DNA of 63,929 bases from Verrucomicrobiia bacterium (GTDB lineage: Bacteria; Verrucomicrobiota; Verrucomicrobiia; Limisphaerales; UBA8199), in assembly GCA_036524155.1 (NCBI GenBank), contig DATDCV010000500.1, positions 1 through 63,929 on the forward strand, given 5' to 3'. A program made the translations under genes and the position numbers. How positions within the stretch are numbered: position 1 is the stretch's first letter; every line of letters starts with the position of its first letter. Positions 57,278-63,929 of this stretch are shown piece by piece. The notes under the pieces were generated by a model that saw only the letters and a list, made by a program, of their open reading frames with translations, was not told the origin of the DNA and searched no databases.

Positions 57278-60200
57278 ATGAACGCCGTGAACAAAAAGGC
57301 GAGGTGGCCCTTGGCAGTGTCTGTCGTCTGCCTTGCCTCGACCGCTCTCGCTCAATCCACAAATCCCGCCATCACCAGTGTCCGCACCGAAGGCACCAAC
57401 CTGGTCGTAACGGCCAGCGTGCCTGCCGGAGTGCAGCGGCTCACGCTCGAAACCAGCGACCGGGCAGGCCGGCGAAGCTGGGCGCCCCGGGCCGTGATGC
57501 GCGGGGATGCGCAACCGGGCGTGGTCACCTTCCGCCTGCCGATGTCCCGCCCGATGGAACTCATCCGCATCCGGGCCGACGCCACCGAGCCGTTGCCGGC
57601 GGCGTTCTTCCAGGGCACCAACGCCTTTTCCTCGCCGACCGACGCCGGTTCGCGCCAGGTCGTAGACGCGGGAGCTGGCCCCACCGCCGGCGGAGCCTGG
57701 AGCGGCGGGCCCACTCGCGAGGTGGTCGAGTCCGACATCTGGCAGCTTCGAGGGAACACGCTCTACTTCTTCAACCAGTATCGCGGGTTGCAGATCATTG
57801 ATATCTCCAACCCCGATGGCGCGTTCACGCGCGGCAACTTGGAACTGCCCGCGGCCGGCGACCAGATGTACCTGCTCGGCACCAACCATGTCGTCCTGCT
57901 GGCCCGCGACGGGTGCAGTTACGACCAGAGCCAGGTGCTGGTGGTGGAGGACACTAACGGGCCGCCGCAAGTCATCGCGCGGCTGCCGGTTTCGGGCACC
58001 ATCACCGAGAGCCGGCTGGTCGGCACCGCGTTGTACGTCGCGTCGCAAACCTCTCGCCCGGTCTCCGGCACCACCAATGCGGTATGGGAATGGGGCACAC
58101 TGGTCTCGGCATTCGACCTCGCCAATGCCGCCAAACCGATTGCCCGTAACACGCTCTGGTTCTCCGGTTACGGCAACGTCGTCTCCGCGACCGATACCTA
58201 TCTCTTTGTCATCACGCAGGCGCCCAATTCCTGGTGGCAGTCGATCGTGAACCTGGTTGACATCACCGACCCGGGCGGTGCGACCTCCGCCTACGGCACT
58301 ATCGCTACCCGCGGGCAGGTCCTGGACAAATTCAAGCTCGATTACACCGACGACATTTTCGCCGTCATCTCCGAAGACCGCACGCCGACCAACGGCGTCC
58401 AGCTCGTTACCCGGCTCGAGACGTTCCATCTGCCGGACCCGCGAGCGGTCGACCCGCAGGGGATCGTGAAACTGGGCGAGCTGGAGCTAGGCCATGGCGA
58501 GCGGCTGCACGCCACCCGCTTTGACGGCAGCCGGGTTTACGTGGTGACCTTTTTCCAGATCGATCCTCTCTGGGTGGTGGATTTCAGCACCCCCAAGGCC
58601 CCGCGGATCGCCGGCAGCGTTCAAGTGCCCGGTTGGTCCACCTTCATCCAGCCATTGGGCAATCGCCTGGTCACGCTCGGCATCGAAACCAATCACGTGT
58701 CCGTCTCGCTCTATGATGTTTCGGACCCGGCGGCTCCGACGCGGCTGAGCCAGGTCAGACTCGGCGCGAATTATTCGTGGAGCCAGGCCAATTACGACGA
58801 AAAAGCGTTCACCGTGCTGCCCGACGCGGGCCTGGTGCTGGTACCGTTCTCGGGCGACACCACCAACGGTTATACCTCGGCGCTGCAACTGATCGACTAC
58901 AGCCCGGCGGCGCTGGTGGCCCGCGGTCAGGTCCGGAGCGACTCCGGCCTGTCTTACCGCCGCGCGACTGTGGCGAAGAACAGGATTCTTTCCCTCAGCG
59001 ACTGGGAACTGGTGAGCGTAGATGCCACCGACCGCGACAACCCGCTGGTCAGCGGCCGGCTGGACCTCGCCGAGTCCGTGGACCGCCTCATCCTCGCAGG
59101 TGACTACTTAATCCAGCTCAGCACCGGCAACTGGTGGAACTCCGCCGCACCCGTGGTCAGCGTCGTCGCCGCCAGCGCGCCAAACACGGTCCTCACCCGG
59201 TTGCTGCTGCCGCCGCTGCCTTTGCTCGGTGCGACGAAACACGGCGATTGGCTCTACCTGGCGCAAGGCACGCCCGGCTCCAGCGGATCGGGTTCAACCG
59301 AGGATTCCAAGTTCGTGCTGACCGTCGCCACCGTGACCAACTTGCCGGCGCTCACGGTGATCGATCAAACGTTCACCAACACCGGGCCGCTGGGCTGGAG
59401 CCGGGACTGGCAGGCGCTCTGGCCGCAACCCAACGTGCTGGTCTGGGCAGGGGGACAGGATTTCTGGTGGTGGTGCGACATGTGCCCTGTCCTCGGAGGC
59501 GGACCCGTCGGCGGCATTAGCTGGTTCTGGCCTTACTGGCGCGGCAGCGGCGGCAATGGCCATTTGCTCGCCTTCGATGCCGCCAACCCCAACGCGCCGC
59601 GACTGGCGTCGCAAGCCGACTTGACCGCCACCAACCGGTGGAGCTTCAGCCGCGGCTTCGCCGCCAACGGCTTGGTTTATCTCAGCCACCAGACTTCGGA
59701 ATATGTCCCTGACCCCTACCCGACCAACAGCGGCCGGTGGATTTATCGATCGTTCCTTGATGTCGTGGACTTTGCCGACCCCGGCGACCCGCTCGTGCGC
59801 GACCCCGTCAACATTCCAAATCCGCTCGTAGGCGTCGCGGATTCCGGCGCGCTGCTCTTCACCCTCGGATCACACTGGGAAACGGACCCGAACACAATGT
59901 GGCGCGATTACCTGGACGCAAGCGCGTACGATAATGTCAATGTCTATCTCCAGGATTCACTCGCCCTGCCGACCGTCTGGCCGCACCCGTCAACCGTAGT
60001 CGGCGCCAACGTCCTGTTGGGCGTCCCGGGCGACAACAATCCCACCAACACGGTGTCTTCGACGCTCGACACGTGGGCGCTCTCAACGGAACGCAAATTC
60101 ATCCGTCTCGGCTCGCTGAAAGTTGCCTCGCCCCTCAGCGACCTGACATCCTTCCCGGGCCTCGTTGCCGGGCCTGCCTCGGATGGGAGCGTGAATCTGT

Positions 60201-60361
60201 TCGACGCGACCGACCCCGCGGCGTTGCGTCTGGTTGGCGCTGGCAGGCTGCCACTCTGCTGGTGGTGGCCTGACTTCCATCATTCCGACGGCAGTCTATC
60301 CGCGGGCCTCTGGCTCCCGCTCAGCGCATACGGCGTGGCCCACATCCCGGTTCAAAGGTAA
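57278..60361 (+). CDS. Secreted beta-propeller domain protein (EV.ESDI / TF.QIDPL type)
   Basis: RBS AGGAG, signal peptide; VESDIW, GERLHATRFDG.RVYVVTFFQIDPLWVVD, VPGWSTFIQP, S.A..DEKAF. Confidence 0.85.
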   Translation: MNAVNKKARWPLAVSVVCLASTALAQSTNPAITSVRTEGTNLVVTASVPAGVQRLTLETSDRAGRRSWAPRAVMRGDAQPGVVTFRLPMSRPMELIRIRADATEPLPAAFFQGTNAFSSPTDAGSRQVVDAGAGPTAGGAWSGGPTREVVESDIWQLRGNTLYFFNQYRGLQIIDISNPDGAFTRGNLELPAAGDQMYLLGTNHVVLLARDGCSYDQSQVLVVEDTNGPPQVIARLPVSGTITESRLVGTALYVASQTSRPVSGTTNAVWEWGTLVSAFDLANAAKPIARNTLWFSGYGNVVSATDTYLFVITQAPNSWWQSIVNLVDITDPGGATSAYGTIATRGQVLDKFKLDYTDDIFAVISEDRTPTNGVQLVTRLETFHLPDPRAVDPQGIVKLGELELGHGERLHATRFDGSRVYVVTFFQIDPLWVVDFSTPKAPRIAGSVQVPGWSTFIQPLGNRLVTLGIETNHVSVSLYDVSDPAAPTRLSQVRLGANYSWSQANYDEKAFTVLPDAGLVLVPFSGDTTNGYTSALQLIDYSPAALVARGQVRSDSGLSYRRATVAKNRILSLSDWELVSVDATDRDNPLVSGRLDLAESVDRLILAGDYLIQLSTGNWWNSAAPVVSVVAASAPNTVLTRLLLPPLPLLGATKHGDWLYLAQGTPGSSGSGSTEDSKFVLTVATVTNLPALTVIDQTFTNTGPLGWSRDWQALWPQPNVLVWAGGQDFWWWCDMCPVLGGGPVGGISWFWPYWRGSGGNGHLLAFDAANPNAPRLASQADLTATNRWSFSRGFAANGLVYLSHQTSEYVPDPYPTNSGRWIYRSFLDVVDFADPGDPLVRDPVNIPNPLVGVADSGALLFTLGSHWETDPNTMWRDYLDASAYDNVNVYLQDSLALPTVWPHPSTVVGANVLLGVPGDNNPTNTVSSTLDTWALSTERKFIRLGSLKVASPLSDLTSFPGLVAGPASDGSVNLFDATDPAALRLVGAGRLPLCWWWPDFHHSDGSLSAGLWLPLSAYGVAHIPVQR

Positions 60362-60397
60362 ACGGACACTCAGGGACGGTCCTTTGAAGACCAAAAG

Positions 60398-60620
60398 GGC
60401 CTCCTCTCCCCGACCCTCTCCTCCAGAGGAGGAGAGGGAGAAAGCAGCTGGGGCTCTGTACGAAACGGCGGCCATGCTTGGTCCCCCTCTCCGCCTCCTT
60501 GTCCGCCATTGGCTTGGCGAAGGCGGATGGGGGAAAGGGGACAGGGGAGAGGTGGCACTTGGTTTGTGGAAGGTGCCCAGTCCCGTTGCGCGCGCGAAAG
60601 CCAAAGACGGCTGTTCGTGA
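60398..60620. repeat. Composite family C repeat with a nested 30-bp palindrome
   Basis: Two CCCTCTCC/GGAGAGGG-type hairpins; extra CTTGTCCGCCATTGGCTTGGCGAAGGCGGA at 60498-60527 absent from the 37831 copy. Confidence 0.78.
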
Positions 60621-60651
60621 AACGTAAAGCAACGCCCTATCCAACCTCGTG

Positions 60652-62106
60652 TCACGGGCCCTCCAGCCCGACGCGATTCCTCAGTGTGAGCAGCCGTGGA
60701 TCGCCGGGTTTGAGGGCCTCGGCCTGATCTATCACGGCCTGGGCCGCGGCGCGTTCACCCAACCGCAGATGCAAATCCGCCAGCAGCACATAAGCCTCGA
60801 AGTGCTCAGGGTTATGGCGCAACGATTCCCGGAAAGCAGCAATTGCCTCGCGCACTTGGCCGGACCTCCCCAACGCAAAACCACGGTTGTAATAGGCTGG
60901 CCCGTAGTCGGGCTTGAGCTCGGTCGCTCGGTCGAAAACTGGCGCAGCGTCGGCAAAACGTTCCTGCGCGAGCAGCACCAGGCCCAACTGGAACAGTCCC
61001 TGGGCCGACCGCGGGTTGAGCTGCAGGTGTTTGCGCAGAGCCTTTTCAGCCGGACCCAGTTCCTTCTTCAACAAATGCAGTCGCCCGACCAATAACCAGG
61101 TCTCGGCGTAGTCGGGATGCTCGCGGTTGAGCCGGTCCACCAGGTTGCCGGCTTCTGCCAGGTGGCCTCCCGCCAGCAACAGGTGCGCCTGCTCGCTCAA
61201 GACCCGCGGATCTCCGCGGAGCATGTTCGCCTCGGCTTCATAGGGATCGCCAAAGCCTTCGTCCTCCGGCAACGCCACGGAACGCTGCGCGGCCTGTTGG
61301 GCGCCGGTCGAATCGCCCTTCTGACGACAAACCGTTGCCAGGAGAATCCAGGCGCTGCGAGCGGTCCGCAGATCGTCGGTGCAGCTTCGCGCCAGCTCGG
61401 CGGCCTGATCAAGCTCCCCCCTGGCGTGAGCTGATCGCGCCGCAAGCAACCGTGCGGGCGCGAAGTCCGGCCGTTCCGCCAACAGCGCCTTAATCTCGTC
61501 CCCGGCTTCGTCCCAACGGCCGCGTTCAGCCAGCAACCGCGCCAGGCGGAACCGGGGCGCTTCCGGTGAGTTGCCGCAAAGCCGGACAGTCTGCTGGAGG
61601 AAAGGGATGGCCTCGTCCGGCGTGGCGATGATGAGCGCCAGCGCGTGGTAATAAGGCCAGCGCGGGTTCGCCGGCTCCAGGCGCGCCGCCCGCGAAAGGC
61701 ACTGGCAAGCCGCGGGACGAAAATCGTAGGCCCACAGCAGCGCCCCCAGCCAGCCCCAGGCTTCGGCGGAGCGGGGATGACGGCGAACCTCGTCCATTCG
61801 TTGCTGCAGGCTCGTCGCTACCTTCGGGTCGATGCTGCCCATGTTGATTTGCGGCAGCGGGACGGCTCGCGCATGCCACCACCACGCCGCGCTCAACACG
61901 ACAAACACCAGCACTGCCATCCACAGCAGCCGCACGACACGGGGTCGATGTAAGGCATCCGCAATGAAGCCGATTGGAAATCGGCGCTCCGTCCACGGCG
62001 GCCGCGCGACGCGGGGTCGATGTGAGGTGGCGGAGGCTTTTGCGTCCGCGCCATCGTGCGCCCCGACCGGCCGCCTCTCCTGCCCTTTGGATTTCTTGCG
62101 GCTCAC
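60652..62106 (-). CDS. Membrane-anchored TPR protein
   Basis: GTGA overlap with upstream stop; one TM followed by multiple TPRs. Confidence 0.82.
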   Translation of the reverse strand: MSRKKSKGQERRPVGAHDGADAKASATSHRPRVARPPWTERRFPIGFIADALHRPRVVRLLWMAVLVFVVLSAAWWWHARAVPLPQINMGSIDPKVATSLQQRMDEVRRHPRSAEAWGWLGALLWAYDFRPAACQCLSRAARLEPANPRWPYYHALALIIATPDEAIPFLQQTVRLCGNSPEAPRFRLARLLAERGRWDEAGDEIKALLAERPDFAPARLLAARSAHARGELDQAAELARSCTDDLRTARSAWILLATVCRQKGDSTGAQQAAQRSVALPEDEGFGDPYEAEANMLRGDPRVLSEQAHLLLAGGHLAEAGNLVDRLNREHPDYAETWLLVGRLHLLKKELGPAEKALRKHLQLNPRSAQGLFQLGLVLLAQERFADAAPVFDRATELKPDYGPAYYNRGFALGRSGQVREAIAAFRESLRHNPEHFEAYVLLADLHLRLGERAAAQAVIDQAEALKPGDPRLLTLRNRVGLEGP

Positions 62107-63806
62107 GGGTTTCGTCCGGCGCCCTTTCGCAGGGCGAGGTGTTGATCGGCCCGGGTGCCGGGGAACACCTCGGCCGAGCCGTCCGGCCACAGAACCCGGA
62201 TCGCGTCGACCTGCGCGACGGCGCCCAGGCCGAAATGAGCGCGCGGGTCGTTGCTGACGAGATAACTGCAGCTTGGCTGGATGAGCCGCCACCAGCGGCG
62301 GCCCTGCCCTTCCACCACAATTTCAGCGCCAATGGCATCCCGTCCGCCGTGCTGCGGATCCAGAGCGCGCACGGTCAGCCAGTGGCCGCGGCGTGGCGCC
62401 ACGTTGCGAAAGACTTGGACCGGGCCGCCCGCGCAGAGCGCGACGAGATCGACCGCACCGTCGTTGTCGATGTCGCCGTATGCCAGCCCGCGCCCGACGC
62501 CGTTGAAACCACAGAACCCGGGATTGGCCTCCGAGACATCAACGAAACGCCCGTGGGTGTCGTTGAGGAAAAGCTGGTAATGCTGCGCATACGGATGCCA
62601 GAAGGGGATGAGACCGGGCAGCGGTTGGCCCGGGTGCGCGCTGCCGCGGCGAATCGCGCCGTTGATGAAAGCGAGGTCGGGCCAGCCATCGAGATCGAAA
62701 TCGGCCAGCACGGTGCCGAAGCCGGTGCCGTGCCAGGGCGACGTGGCGAGTCCGAAACCGGCGGTCTGGTCCTGGAACATACCGCGCGGGCCTTGCACCC
62801 AGAGCGCATGCTGCTCATGAGTGAGGTGTGTGATAAAAAGATCGAAAAGCCCGTCGCCATTCACGTCACCAAGCGCTATCCCCATGTTGCCCGCGGTGCC
62901 ACCCATCGCGTTGAACGCCAGGCCGCGAACCACTGCCTCCTCTGTAAAGCGGCCGTTGTGCTGGTTCAGGTACAGCCGGTTCGGGATCCCGTCGTCGGCC
63001 ATGAATATGTCCGGCCAGCCGTCGCCGTCGAAATCCGCGCAAAGAATGCCCAGCACTTTCCCCTGCGCGCGCGCGAACCCGGAACTCACGGTGACATCCT
63101 CGAAGGCGACCTTGCCCACGCCGGCCGCGGCGCCGCGGTTGTGGAAGAGGCGGCTCACCGTCGTTGAAAAATCCTGCGGGCCGCAAAACTCACGCGCGCC
63201 GGCTGGGTCGAGACATACCAGAGTCGGGTTGTAGTCCACGTAGATGCCGAGCACGAGATCGAGCCAGCCATCCCGATCGTAATCGACAAACGAAGCCGCC
63301 GTCGCCCAGCGCGCGTTGTCGATCCCCGCCGCAGCGGTCACTTCCTCGAAGCGTCCCCCGCCCCGGTTGAGAAACAGCCGCACCCGACCGTATTCGGTGA
63401 CGAACAGGTCGGGAAGGCCGTCGTTGTCCACATCACCCGCGGTCGCCCCCATGCCCACGCCAGCGACATCCAGGCCCGAGCCCGCGCTGGCGTTGCGAAA
63501 CGTGCCGTCCGCCTCCTGGTGGTACAACTGACTGCGCGAGCCGGAGTCGGCCCCGCCGCACTGGATGAGGTATAAATCCAGCCGTCCGTCGTTGTCATAG
63601 TCCAGCAGCGCCAAGCCGGACCCGATGTGCTCGGGCATCATGAACTCGCCCCGCGAGCCGGAGTCGTGCAGGAAGTGAATGCCCAATTGACCGCTAATCT
63701 CGGCAAACAGCGTGGGTGCCGGGACGGGAGGCGAGGAGGGGGCACTGGCAGGGCCGCTTTGATCCGAACAACTCGCGGTTACGAGGATGACGCAGCTCAG
63801 CACCAC
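62103..63806 (-). CDS. CRTAC1 family protein (FG-GAP repeats plus ASPIC/UnbV domain)
   Basis: DYDNDGRLDL, DVDNDGLPDL repeats; RGLAYGDIDNDG; AIGA, HFGLG, V.WPDG; frame stays open to the window edge so the start may lie upstream. Confidence 0.9.
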   Translation of the reverse strand: MVLSCVILVTASCSDQSGPASAPSSPPVPAPTLFAEISGQLGIHFLHDSGSRGEFMMPEHIGSGLALLDYDNDGRLDLYLIQCGGADSGSRSQLYHQEADGTFRNASAGSGLDVAGVGMGATAGDVDNDGLPDLFVTEYGRVRLFLNRGGGRFEEVTAAAGIDNARWATAASFVDYDRDGWLDLVLGIYVDYNPTLVCLDPAGAREFCGPQDFSTTVSRLFHNRGAAAGVGKVAFEDVTVSSGFARAQGKVLGILCADFDGDGWPDIFMADDGIPNRLYLNQHNGRFTEEAVVRGLAFNAMGGTAGNMGIALGDVNGDGLFDLFITHLTHEQHALWVQGPRGMFQDQTAGFGLATSPWHGTGFGTVLADFDLDGWPDLAFINGAIRRGSAHPGQPLPGLIPFWHPYAQHYQLFLNDTHGRFVDVSEANPGFCGFNGVGRGLAYGDIDNDGAVDLVALCAGGPVQVFRNVAPRRGHWLTVRALDPQHGGRDAIGAEIVVEGQGRRWWRLIQPSCSYLVSNDPRAHFGLGAVAQVDAIRVLWPDGSAEVFPGTRADQHLALRKGAGRNP

Positions 63807-63929
63807 GGCGAGAGTCGCCGAGGCCGCCGGCCGTGTGGTGAACCCAATCGATGGCCGCCGTTCGTTTTGGTGAAAGCAAGGGAACCTTGAAGTCCCGGGA
63901 AGCCAAACAAGAACTGGCGGCCATACTCG

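Overview
GC-rich bacterial chromosomal window. Gene content points to Verrucomicrobiota, probably subdivision 3/Pedosphaerales (inference): HzsA-like, GloVer-repeat, RCC1/LamG/Ig surface proteins, prepilin H-X9-DG-type protein, DUF1080, many Tat/Sec-exported glycan enzymes. About 42 CDS were called, including uvrA, mtnP, hypA/hypB, two GH2s, a heparinase II/III-like lyase, S8 and S41 peptidases and a PAS kinase/response regulator pair. No rRNA, tRNA or CRISPR array was seen. The main unexplained structure is a layered set of miniature mobile elements. A 112-bp cruciform MITE with GTATC...GATAC ends and 8-bp target duplications (IS66-like) occurs 7 times. One copy sits in frame inside a signal-peptide coding region (112+8=120 nt). 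Two copies were hit at the equivalent TCA/TGA of their terminal repeat by IS1182-type elements: a 108-bp MITE, and a 733-bp internally deleted IS that carries an AbrB-like gene with its own promoter and palindromic operator. Other points of interest are a P-loop-less mini-YchF, an S41 protease lacking the catalytic Lys, a shared C-terminal 'FF/YR' domain on secreted proteins, a REP composite translated inside a GH2, and an uncalled 54-aa membrane protein.
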